NCBI GenBank assembly: GCA_965219455.1
Contig: OZ244744.1
Coordinates: 32,001-96,000, forward strand
Source: Candidatus Latescibacterota bacterium
GTDB taxonomy: Bacteria > Latescibacterota > UBA2968 > GCA-2709665
DNA: 64,000 nt
Direction: 5' to 3'
Both the position numbers and the translations under genes were made by a program. The notes under the pieces were generated by a model. The model did not search any database. It had not been told where the DNA came from and saw only the letters and a list, made by a program, of their open reading frames with translations. Numbering within the stretch: the stretch's first letter is position 1; every line of letters begins with the position of its first letter. Below, one piece after another: positions 28,948 to 38,323 of the stretch.

Positions 28948-30829
28948 CCTTAAACAAGCGTGACCAGTGAAATTTTTCTGGTCCAAGAGACCGGAAAGGC
29001 CTACCGTTGTTGGAGATAGATGGATTGTGCTAGAAATCATCACTCCAACGCAGGAGACCTTTCCGGTGAAAAGAATATCGGTTGATGACAGCCGCAGGAA
29101 CCGTGCTCGTCGCAAACGCAAAGTGGCCGCCCGCCACGGTCGAGCGGGGCATTGGCAGGCCCAGCGCCGGCCCATGTTCAGTCCTGGCAAAGTGCACTAC
29201 GAGGTAGGCGCCTACACCGACGCGATGAGTTACGGAGGCATCGGCGCCGTGCATCGCCTGGTCACCAAGCTGGGTCTGCCCAAGCGCATCGACGCGTCAC
29301 TGTCCTTGTTGAAGGTGCATCTGCCCTATCATGAGTCGGACCACGTACTAAACATCACATACAACGTGTTATGCGGCGGCACGCGCCTGGAGGATATCGA
29401 GCGTTTGCGAAGTGACGGGGCCTACATGAATGCCCTGGGCGCCAAGTTGATTCCCGATCCGACCACGGCGGGTGACTTTTGCCGACGCTTCTCGGAACGG
29501 GACATCGTCGAACTGATGGCGTGCATCAACGCGGTGCGATCCTCCTTGTGGGCATCGCGTGGCCGCAAATTGCTTGGTGACATCACCTATATCGATGTGG
29601 ACGGCACAAACGTGCCCACGTATGGCAAGCGCAAGAGGGGTATGGACATCTCTTACCAGGGCATCTGGGGCTACCATCCGCTGGTGATCTCACTTTCCAA
29701 CACGAAGGAAGTGCTCTTCCTGGTCAACCGACCGGGGAATGTGCCCAGCCACACCGGTGCGGCACAGTGGATCGACGCGGCCATCGACCTGGTGCAGCCC
29801 CACGCCAAGCGCATCTGTGTGCGTGGCGACACCGACTTTTTCTTGACTCGACATCTTGATCGCTGGGCCAAAAGCGTCGACTTCATCTTCGGGATGGACG
29901 CCAACGCGGCGATGCGTTCCCGTGCCGAGGCCCTCGACGAGGCACAATGGCAGCCCCTGCAACGCAAACCCCGTTATCACACCGTGACCGACCAGAAGCG
30001 GAAGCGCAATCAGCCCCACGAGAAACAGCGCATCGTCCACAAGCGGGCCTACGCCAACCTGGTGCTGAACCACGAACACGTGGCCGAGTTCAACTACCAA
30101 CCCACGCGCTGTAAACGTGGGTATCGCGTCGTGGTCCTGCGCAAGAACATCAGCAAAATGAAGGGCGACCTTGTCCTGTTCGACGAATGCCGTTATTTCT
30201 TCTATATCACGACACGCACGGACGTGACCCCCCAAGAGATCGTCGCCTGCGCCAACCAACGCTGCGATCAGGAGAACGTCATCGAGCAACTCAAAAACGG
30301 CGTCAACGCCTTGCGCGTGCCCCTGTATGACCTGGTCAGCAACTGGGCCTATATGGTCATCGCCGCCCTGGCCTGGAACCTCAAATCCTGGTTTGCCATG
30401 ATGATGCACAGACACCGTGATCGACAGCAGTACGTCTGCATGGAATTCCGGCGCTTCATCCACAGCATTATCTTGATTCCCTGCCACGTCATCCAACGCG
30501 CGCGCACCACCACGTTACGGCTCATCGGCTATCAACCCACCCTCGATCGCCTCTTCAGCACCTGGCGTATCATTGAACGCACCGGATTTGGATAACACCA
30601 ATGCAGCACCACCGATGACACACAAACGCGGCGCCATCCCCACACCCCTCAACGGACCGGTGTGTCCACCACGCGTCTCAACGCCACTTCGGATACTCAA
30701 TTTACCATAGCGACCACGACAAACACGGCCCTAAAAACCATCCAAAACGCCAATTCCATATAAATCGACACCAACGCCTCAACACAAACACAAATCACTG
30801 TGGCGCACACGATACTCGCTTATTTTAGG
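28948..30829 (+). mobile_element. Complete IS1380-family insertion sequence
   Basis: TIRs CCTTAAACAAGCG / CCTAAAATAAGCG; ACTAGT on both flanks (28942-28947, 30830-30835). Confidence 0.88.
28967..30595 (+). CDS. IS1380 family transposase (true start may be GTG ~29067)
   Basis: IPDPTTAGDF, YIDVDGT, GYHPL, VRGDTDF, RCDQENVIEQLKNG. Confidence 0.93.
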   Translation: MKFFWSKRPERPTVVGDRWIVLEIITPTQETFPVKRISVDDSRRNRARRKRKVAARHGRAGHWQAQRRPMFSPGKVHYEVGAYTDAMSYGGIGAVHRLVTKLGLPKRIDASLSLLKVHLPYHESDHVLNITYNVLCGGTRLEDIERLRSDGAYMNALGAKLIPDPTTAGDFCRRFSERDIVELMACINAVRSSLWASRGRKLLGDITYIDVDGTNVPTYGKRKRGMDISYQGIWGYHPLVISLSNTKEVLFLVNRPGNVPSHTGAAQWIDAAIDLVQPHAKRICVRGDTDFFLTRHLDRWAKSVDFIFGMDANAAMRSRAEALDEAQWQPLQRKPRYHTVTDQKRKRNQPHEKQRIVHKRAYANLVLNHEHVAEFNYQPTRCKRGYRVVVLRKNISKMKGDLVLFDECRYFFYITTRTDVTPQEIVACANQRCDQENVIEQLKNGVNALRVPLYDLVSNWAYMVIAALAWNLKSWFAMMMHRHRDRQQYVCMEFRRFIHSIILIPCHVIQRARTTTLRLIGYQPTLDRLFSTWRIIERTGFG

Positions 30830-30873
30830 ACTAGTTCGTCCTCGAAGGGCATGTGCTAAACGTACCATCGCAC

Positions 30874-31483
30874 AGACGGGAGATTCTTCGCTGCGCTCAG
30901 AATGACATGCTTTGCGACAACCGTTGTCGAAATGTATCCGTCACACGTTGGCTCATACTGTCATCCGGAGGAGGCCCTGTCTGCCGTGCCCGGCACAGGC
31001 AGGCGCCAGGCCGACGAAGGATCTACTGCGGCATGGGATCATCCCCGTGCGTCTGACATTCGGTCCGAACTGAAATGCGGCACAACTGCTCCCGCTTCGA
31101 CTGCGATGAGAGTGATATCAATGCCAATAGCCACTGCCGAAATGCATTGGTCACTGTTTGGCCCATCCTGTCCTGCTAACGAAGCCAAAGGGCCGACGAT
31201 GTCTCCGCGCAAATGTGTTTACCGCGTTTTTGCGTTAAGGACAATCGAATAGACGGGGGATTCTTCGACTACGCTCAGAATGACATGTTTAGCATTCGAC
31301 ACCCGCGAAACACGTCGATCATCCCTGCGCCTGAACTGTCATCCTGAGGAAGCCCTGTCTGCCGTGCCCGGCACAGGCAGGCGCCAGGCTGACGAAGGAT
31401 CTCCTGCGGCATGAGATTATGACCGAGCGTCGGCATTCGGTCAGAATTGAAATGCAGCACAACCACTCCCGCTTCGGCTTCGC
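30874..31483. repeat. Two diverged ~230-bp direct-repeat units built from family C REP palindromes
   Basis: GATTCTTCG..CGCTCAGAATGACA...TGTCATCC.GAGGA.GCCCTGTCTGCCGTGCCCGGCACAGGCAGGCGCCAGG..GACGAAGGATCT at 30882-31024 and 31259-31402. Confidence 0.85.
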
Positions 31484-31689
31484 ATTGTATCTATTAATAA
31501 TTTAATATACAGAATCTTCATTGCCTGTTCAATTAAAAAATTAATATTTCATCAAGCGATTGCGAATTGGCGATACACAAGAGGGTTCGCAACCGACTTG
31601 TGGATCAGCTAATCTGAAATGACACTGACCAAAAAAGGGGTGCGCTCAGCTGTCCGGCCGGAGGCGTTCGTCGACGCAGGCCAGTCGAT

Positions 31690-32433
31690 TTATTTTTCAG
31701 GCCTGAAAACCGTTTTCATGGCCGTTGCAGGGGTCGTATGGTAGTTCCACCCGCGCAACACCAGATTTTCACTGTACTGGTAGACGTCCTCCTTTTCGTC
31801 TCTTCCGGAAAACATCCGCGCAATCACCACCTTCCGTGGCGATTCGGAGCGGTTGGACGGCGACCCATGCACGATGAAGGTATCGAAGAAGGTAACGTCG
31901 CCCGGCCGGGCTTCAATCGCTGTGGAACCTTCAAACGGGAACTGCTCGTAGAACGCGGCATTAGTGGCGGTCGAGCCTTCCACCCGACCTTTTCTGTGCG
32001 AGCCGGGATAGACTCTGAGGCAGCCCATTTCCTCCGTGGCTTCGCTGACGTGGATCATTCCTGCAATCATGGTGTTCATCCGGGTTGGCAGATAGCTCCA
32101 GTCCTGGTGCATGTGGAAGGGTGTCGGCGCCGTTGTCATCCGCTTCTCGAAGAGCGTGGAATGGTTGAGCACGACGTCGGGGCCGATGAGCTGTTCGACA
32201 ATGTCGAGGAACCTATTGTGAAGCAGGGCCGCCATCCACAACCCCGAATACTGCTGCACATTGCGCGTATTGATGACACCTTTATTGTTCGAGGCGCCGC
32301 TGTCGTCGTGTCCGTTGAGTTGATGTACAATTCGATCGAATTCGCCTTCAAGCCGGCCCACTTCGTCCGGCGAAAAGACGCATTTGGCCAGGTAGTAGCC
32401 GTTTTCCTCGAAAAATGTGCGCATTTTGTTCAT
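31690..32433 (-). CDS. Phytanoyl-CoA dioxygenase (PhyH) family Fe(II)/2OG enzyme
   Basis: HQD, GCLRVYPGSH, PGDV.FF...VHGS..NRS...R. Confidence 0.92.
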   Translation of the reverse strand: MNKMRTFFEENGYYLAKCVFSPDEVGRLEGEFDRIVHQLNGHDDSGASNNKGVINTRNVQQYSGLWMAALLHNRFLDIVEQLIGPDVVLNHSTLFEKRMTTAPTPFHMHQDWSYLPTRMNTMIAGMIHVSEATEEMGCLRVYPGSHRKGRVEGSTATNAAFYEQFPFEGSTAIEARPGDVTFFDTFIVHGSPSNRSESPRKVVIARMFSGRDEKEDVYQYSENLVLRGWNYHTTPATAMKTVFRPEK

Positions 32434-32448
32434 TTTACCCTCCCATCT

Positions 32449-33477
32449 TTATTCCAGATCCAAAACCACTTCCAGCCCGGTACGCGCGGATTCTTCAGTT
32501 GCTTCCAGCACTTTGAGGACGTTCAGGCCGTGAACCTGGGGTATCGGCGTATCCTCGTCGCCTCGTTCAAGCGATTCGATAAACTCGGTGAATTCGTCCA
32601 GCAGGCTGTCGCGAACCGGCACGGTCTCGCGTCGCCAGGTCCCGTCGCCGGTGTCGGCGATGAACAACGCCGGCGGACCTCCCCCGCCGTATGGCAGCCG
32701 GAAGCGCGCCATTCCCCCCGTGAAGAACCAATCGCCGCCGTATTCCGTGGCCCCGCGCTCCCAGGCGATTCGGCTCACCGTCGCGACGATACCGCTCTTC
32801 CATCGGATAAAGTACATGCCGGTATCGTCGCAGTCGATGGCGGGATGTTCGGATTTCGGGTAGGTGAACTGCCCCTGCCGCGCCGAAACGGTGGCGACGT
32901 CGTTCCCGATGATCCAGAGCAGCCGGTCGATCTGGTGGGCGCCGTCCATCTGGCCCATCCCGCCGCCCCGTTCGCGGTCCAGCATCCACTCCGGGCGTTT
33001 GTAGGGAACGTAAGGCTTGTGCCACATGTCATAAGCCATGATCACCGAACCCAGGTCACGGCTGTCGACGACGCCCTTCATCGCCTGTACCGCCGGGAAG
33101 TAACGCTGGGTGTGCGCGGTCATGAGCTTGACGCCATTCTCCCGGGCCGCGGCCAGCATCTCCTCGGCCTGCCACGCCCATGCCGCGGTCGGTTTCTCCA
33201 TGTAGATGTGTTTCCCGGCGGCCGCGGCATCCAGCGCGGCCTGGTAATGGAGCCAGTGCGGCAACGTCCCGATGACGACGTCAACGTCGTCGCGTTCCAG
33301 GGTTTCCCGATAGTTGGAAACGAAATCGACGCTGGGATGCATGCTGCGCCAGCGAGCGGCGGCATCTTCCCTGGGCTCGGCGACCACCCTGATTTCCGCG
33401 CCGGGCGTCTTTTTCACAACGTCGATGTACCCGCCGCCGATGCGGCCGGTTCCCAGAACTGCGACACCATAAGCCAT
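32449..33477 (-). CDS. Gfo/Idh/MocA-family oxidoreductase
   Basis: VAVLGTGRIG, AGKHIYMEKP, GGGMGQMDGAHQID; ATG at 33477. Confidence 0.92.
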   Translation of the reverse strand: MAYGVAVLGTGRIGGGYIDVVKKTPGAEIRVVAEPREDAAARWRSMHPSVDFVSNYRETLERDDVDVVIGTLPHWLHYQAALDAAAAGKHIYMEKPTAAWAWQAEEMLAAARENGVKLMTAHTQRYFPAVQAMKGVVDSRDLGSVIMAYDMWHKPYVPYKRPEWMLDRERGGGMGQMDGAHQIDRLLWIIGNDVATVSARQGQFTYPKSEHPAIDCDDTGMYFIRWKSGIVATVSRIAWERGATEYGGDWFFTGGMARFRLPYGGGGPPALFIADTGDGTWRRETVPVRDSLLDEFTEFIESLERGDEDTPIPQVHGLNVLKVLEATEESARTGLEVVLDLE

Positions 33478-33580
33478 AAGGCACAAACCTGCTTTCCAGA
33501 CGATTAACAACACATCGCTTCTTGCAGGAAAAGGCGACCGCCGCTCAGCCTTGTCAACATCCTTCTTTTGCCTGCAGCGC

Positions 33581-33700
33581 TCAGGACAGCCACGCGCTGG
33601 CAAACACGAGCGCTGCCGGAATGAAGAAAAATGCGCAGATAATGTATACGATGGCCAACCATTTCGGTTCACTTCCGAGCCTTGCAAGCCACTCGGCTCC
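33581..33700 (-). pseudogene. Probable C-terminal remnant of a Na+/phosphate cotransporter (NptA-like)
   Basis: Reads GAEWLARLGSEPKWLAIVYIICAFFFIPAALVFASAWLS*; no matching N-terminal part upstream. Confidence 0.5.
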
Positions 33701-33998
33701 CGTGAATCGACGCGGGCCCGTTGCGAGACGAGAAGATGCGAGGAGCCAAAGGGTCCTTAACGGTGATTATTCTACGAACGCCGCCGCGGACTCTGCTTGT
33801 GTCCGTACCATCAATGTAGCTCTTGACGTTTCGATGCACAATACCGATATAAAACGATATGAAACTCCGAAAGATGAGAGCGGTTTCAATGGCAATATCG
33901 TGCGAAGGTCGAGCAAACGTGCGATGCGAGTCAGCGTAGCAATCCATTTCAATTCTGGGGAAATCCATTAACGGACGAACTAACGGGAGGATATCGAT

Positions 33999-34736
33999 AT
34001 GTCGGATGAAATCGCAACGGCCACTCCAGCGGCGGAAAATCCCCCCGACCGCGCAGCTCGGTGCGCCGGCGTCCTCTTGCTGCTAACCGCGCTCTTTACA
34101 GTCGCGATGGTTTACACAAGAGTGACTGCCGACGCCGACCAGGCACCGCTGTTGAAGTCTCTTCAAGCTGTCGCAGAACACCCCATGATGTACATCGTCT
34201 CGGGAATTGCCCGCGCGATTTCCGGATTGACGATGCTCGTGGCAGGCTGGTTGTTGCTGCATACCTGGATCATCCGTGGGCGCTGGGCAACGCCGTTCGT
34301 CCCGTATCTGTTCGTTCTCTCGGGTAGCTTCACCGTCGCTTCAGGAGCCTTTGCCATCCTTATAGCGTCTCAGCTGGTGCCGGAGGCCATTTCAGCCGGC
34401 GGCCTTACTGCCGCGACCGAAGCCACTGCATTGAACCTGTCGGATAACCTTCGGTGGATAACCGGCAAGCTGGGTTTTTCCGCGGCCGGGATCGCGCTGG
34501 CAGTCGCCGCACGATATCAGTGGCGGGTAGGTGGAACCCTTAGAAGAATAGCGCCGGTATCGGCGACATTGGGCGTCGCGATGCAATTCATCTGGCTCAG
34601 CGCGCCAACAGGGATTCATCCGGTGATCGGAACTGCGTTTCTCCTCTGGCTGATCACTATCGGGACCCTGCTGGCCAGCGGCCGGGTCGAACGGCAATAT
34701 TCGGCGGCTTATGGACGTAGAACCCGATCAGTGTGA
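33999..34736 (+). CDS. Hypothetical integral membrane protein (~6 TM)
   Basis: GGGAGG RBS; multiple hydrophobic helices. Confidence 0.75.
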   Translation: MSDEIATATPAAENPPDRAARCAGVLLLLTALFTVAMVYTRVTADADQAPLLKSLQAVAEHPMMYIVSGIARAISGLTMLVAGWLLLHTWIIRGRWATPFVPYLFVLSGSFTVASGAFAILIASQLVPEAISAGGLTAATEATALNLSDNLRWITGKLGFSAAGIALAVAARYQWRVGGTLRRIAPVSATLGVAMQFIWLSAPTGIHPVIGTAFLLWLITIGTLLASGRVERQYSAAYGRRTRSV

Positions 34737-34950
34737 CGATCGAATGACTCGTCTGCCGGCGGTATGGCTCATCCTGTCAGGCGTGGCACGAAAAGAGTCC
34801 GATCGGCCGTTTGTAACACCTCGGTGGGGTTCTGTGAAAACCTCGAAGACACCTGAAGTTGAGAAACAACGAGCGTTCTGCAATCCTGGTGCTCCGGGTC
34901 CGGACCGCCACGACATCGGTAGCCGCATGCATGGGGGTGATCGTCAAGCC

Positions 34951-35769
34951 TCAGAATTGCCCCCGGCGGAACGCGTATCGGAGTTCGCCCGTCAGGAGCC
35001 GCCGCTGTTCCGGCGTCACCCGTTCCAGCAGATCAGCCGGCGGGTCATAGCGACTCCACGTCTGCATGAACGGCGCCGTGTATCCATAGACCAGCGAATA
35101 GCGTGGCGGCGCGCCGGGTGTCAGTCTGGGCCCGGCGTGTATCAGCGTTTCGCTCAGGATGAGCACGTCCCCGGCACGGGATTGTAGTTGCCGCGCCAGG
35201 GCCTCGTCCATGAATTCGCGCAACGTTCCCGTGGGCATATTCATTCGATGGCTTCCCGGCACCACCCAGGTGCCGTCCCCCGGACTGTTGTCGGTCAGGT
35301 AGATGAACGCTTTGCTGAACATACAGTGAAAGTGCCCATTGGCTTCAAAGCTGCCGACGTTCGGGGCGATGCCCCGGTGCCAGCCTTCATCGGCGACATT
35401 GGACGCGCAGGGCACGATTTCGTCTTCCGCCTCATTCGGATAGTTGATGAGGTATTGGTGCTCCTCAAGGCGCACGTCACCGCCGACCACGTCCTGAATG
35501 ACGGGTAACAGAACCGGGTGCATCGTCGTTTCCAGCAGATGGGGATGATACCAGGCGCATCGGGAGAGAACCGTGAGCGTCGGTGTCTTCGGATACCCGT
35601 CGTGCTTGTATGCGCACGCGTCATCGGCGTCCATCGTGTCTGCGAGGTCGATGAAACGGCGGCACTCCGCCGGACTGAAAACACCTTGAAGCAGGACATA
35701 TCCGTTGACGTCGAAGAAATAACGTTCCGCGGGCGCCAATTTGGTTCTCGCTTCCGTGTCGGTTTCCAA
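34951..35769 (-). CDS. PhyH-family dioxygenase
   Basis: YFFDVNGYVLL, WHRG, GTWVVPGSHR, AGDVLILSETLIH. Confidence 0.88.
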   Translation of the reverse strand: METDTEARTKLAPAERYFFDVNGYVLLQGVFSPAECRRFIDLADTMDADDACAYKHDGYPKTPTLTVLSRCAWYHPHLLETTMHPVLLPVIQDVVGGDVRLEEHQYLINYPNEAEDEIVPCASNVADEGWHRGIAPNVGSFEANGHFHCMFSKAFIYLTDNSPGDGTWVVPGSHRMNMPTGTLREFMDEALARQLQSRAGDVLILSETLIHAGPRLTPGAPPRYSLVYGYTAPFMQTWSRYDPPADLLERVTPEQRRLLTGELRYAFRRGQF

Positions 35770-36014
35770 CGTGATTCGCCTCCGTCAAGGTCTTGAAAGT
35801 GCGTTACCGTCCTATTTGGGTTGGATGGGAACGGTCGCATTTTAGTTCAATTAAGGCGGTACCTATAATTGTAACGAAAAAACTCAGTTTGCGACAGGTG
35901 CGGCGCGGTCATAAATTTCTTATGATGAGCGGGAATCCGAACTATCTTCCTGGGTACCGGATGGTTCTTTCAGGATTCACGAATCTGCCCATCCACACGA
36001 CAAGGGATTGAATC

Positions 36015-37271
36015 ATGGCCATAAAGCGGGGCAAACAGCGGATACGGGTCGGCGTGGTCGGTGTCGGCCGGGGCCGCTCCTTTACGCGGGCGGCCGGAGC
36101 GACCGGCATGGAACTGGTCGCAATTTGCGACACCTGGGAAGAGCGGCTGATTGCGGAAGGCAAGACGCTGAACGTACGGACCCACGTCGATTACGACGAA
36201 TTTCTCGGCTGCGACATGGATGCGGTCGTGCTGGCCAACTATTTCCACCAGCACGCGCCGTTCGCCGTTAAGGCGCTCGACGCCGGAAAACACGTCATGA
36301 GCGAAACCGCAGCCTGCCATACGCTGGGCGAAGGCGTGGCCCTGGCGCGGGCCGTCGAAACAAGCGGCAAGATCTACATGTTTGCCGAGAACTACCCCTA
36401 CATGGTCTTTAACCAGGAGATGAAGCGGCTCTATCAAAAAGGCCGCGTGGGTGAGTTCAAGTACGGCGAGGGCGAATACGTCCACCCGGACCCGCCCGAG
36501 GTGAAACTGGCGCGAAGCTGCGGGCGAGACCACTGGCGCAACTGGATCCCCGCCACGTACTACTGCACCCACTCCATTGCCCCGGTGATGTACATCACCG
36601 ACACCAGGCCCACCAGGGTAAACGGCTTTGTCATCCCCTTTGATTTTACCGACCCCGCCCAGACGCTGCACATGAGGCGCTCGGACACCGCCGCGGTGAT
36701 CATCTGCCGCATGGACAACGACGCGGTGATGAAATCCCTGCACGGCGGGCTGCGCGGTCACGGAAACTACGTCCGCATCCACGGCAACAAGGGGGTGATG
36801 GAGAACTGCCGTCACGGCGACAAACAGCGGCTGCGCGTCTGGTACGAACCGTGGGAAAAGCGCAGGGGCGAGCCGGTCGAAACGGTCTACAAGCCCGACT
36901 TCCCCGTCCACCATAACCGGGCAACCCGCGCCGGACACGGTGGCGGTGACTTTTTTACCACCTACCACTTTGCCGAGGCGATCCGCACAGGCGAGCCCCC
37001 CTATCTCAATGTATATCGCGGCCTGGACATGAGCATCGCCGGTATCCAGGCGTGGCGTTCCGCGCTGAACGACTCGGCCCCCATGGAAGTGCCCGACTTC
37101 CGCAGCGAATCGGTGCGCAAAAGATACGAAGACGACCACTGGTCGCCCGATCCCGCCCGCAGGAAGCCGGGACAGCCGCCCTCCAGCATCCTTGGCGAAA
37201 TCGAACCGTCAGACGAGGCCAAAAAGCTGGCCAGAAAGGTCTGGGCGGCACAGGGGTATACGGGGGAGTGA
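36015..37271 (+). CDS. Gfo/Idh/MocA-family oxidoreductase
   Basis: IRVGVVGVGRG, AGKHVMSE, AENY, GEGEYVH, YCTH, GHGGGDF. Confidence 0.93.
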   Translation: MAIKRGKQRIRVGVVGVGRGRSFTRAAGATGMELVAICDTWEERLIAEGKTLNVRTHVDYDEFLGCDMDAVVLANYFHQHAPFAVKALDAGKHVMSETAACHTLGEGVALARAVETSGKIYMFAENYPYMVFNQEMKRLYQKGRVGEFKYGEGEYVHPDPPEVKLARSCGRDHWRNWIPATYYCTHSIAPVMYITDTRPTRVNGFVIPFDFTDPAQTLHMRRSDTAAVIICRMDNDAVMKSLHGGLRGHGNYVRIHGNKGVMENCRHGDKQRLRVWYEPWEKRRGEPVETVYKPDFPVHHNRATRAGHGGGDFFTTYHFAEAIRTGEPPYLNVYRGLDMSIAGIQAWRSALNDSAPMEVPDFRSESVRKRYEDDHWSPDPARRKPGQPPSSILGEIEPSDEAKKLARKVWAAQGYTGE

Positions 37272-37390
37272 CGTCAATCTGAGACCACGGGGTGACACTC
37301 CCGGCACTGAATCTATGGGTATGCCGTTCCCGTTTCAATGTGCGCCGTCATGGCACAGGACCTGCGTCTTCCGGAGTTACCGGTGAATGG

Positions 37391-38167
37391 TTAGTTCTGT
37401 GTATGGAGATGATTCCCGGGCGGCTTGAAGAGGGAAATTCGGTTGCCCGCGATGTCGTTGAAGATCGCGAGCGAGCCGAAGCCACCGGGAATCTCTTTGG
37501 GTTGCATCAGGGCCGTTGCGCCAAGGCTGACCGCCTTGTCGAGATAGGCTTGCAAATCGTCAACCATAACGGCAACCGAAGGGGCGTTGGGCGGCATACC
37601 ATCCATGTGCTGGAAGATGCCGCCGCCGATGCCTGCCGGCTCTTGCTTCACGAGGCGGTAGTTCATCTCTTGCATAAGGGTGGTCTGCCAACCGAACATT
37701 TCGGTGTAGAAATCGTTAAGCGCTTCTGCGTCGCTTCCGCCGACCTCAAAATGCACGACCGGCGGGGCGTTGCCCTCTGGCGGCATCTCGCCGTCCCATT
37801 CGGCAGGCATGGAGTACAGACCAACGGTGTTGTGGGCGGGGTCTGTGAACGTGGCAATGGAACCCATGCCGGGCGCAATCTCCATCGGCGGCATCACCGC
37901 AGCTCCGCCCATCCCTGACAGCTTATCCAGGGCTGTCCGTAGATCATCAACCTGAATGTAGAAGGTCACATAGTTGCTGACAGGCATGTCCTCGGTGGTT
38001 TCCATGATACCGCCGCCGATGCCGCCTTCGTTGGTCTGCACCAAACCGTAGTTGCCCATCTCCTCGCCCTGCGTCTGCACGTTCCAGCCGAAGAGGTCTC
38101 TGTAGAACTGCTGCAAAGCGGGGCCATTGGGGCCCGCGATTTCAAAGTGGACTACCGGGTTTCCCAT
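37391..38167 (-). CDS. Two-domain VOC/glyoxalase family protein
   Basis: Duplicated PVVHFE...FY..(L/M)FGW...GIGGGI modules. Confidence 0.92.
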   Translation of the reverse strand: MGNPVVHFEIAGPNGPALQQFYRDLFGWNVQTQGEEMGNYGLVQTNEGGIGGGIMETTEDMPVSNYVTFYIQVDDLRTALDKLSGMGGAAVMPPMEIAPGMGSIATFTDPAHNTVGLYSMPAEWDGEMPPEGNAPPVVHFEVGGSDAEALNDFYTEMFGWQTTLMQEMNYRLVKQEPAGIGGGIFQHMDGMPPNAPSVAVMVDDLQAYLDKAVSLGATALMQPKEIPGGFGSLAIFNDIAGNRISLFKPPGNHLHTQN

Positions 38168-38323
38168 TATTCCTCCTGACGTTTATGGAAGTTAATTGCT
38201 TGCCTGAACACTGGTATTTAGAACAAATCCCTTTTCGTTTCAAGCGCCTCTTGGGCCAGATTCACCAAAGGACACACCCGCTGGCCGAATACGTTGTAGA
38301 TCACCAAAACTGCATGACGTTCC

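Noticed and set aside
30874-31483. Possible CRISPR array
   Set aside because: Only two long diverged units, no constant 25-45-bp repeat with unique spacers, and no cas genes
31738-33507. 589-aa ORF on the + strand
   Set aside because: Antisense shadow of the PhyH and Gfo/Idh/MocA genes with no motifs. The same applies to 35970-37139, 19345-20484, 24888-25955 and most short ORFs in the track.
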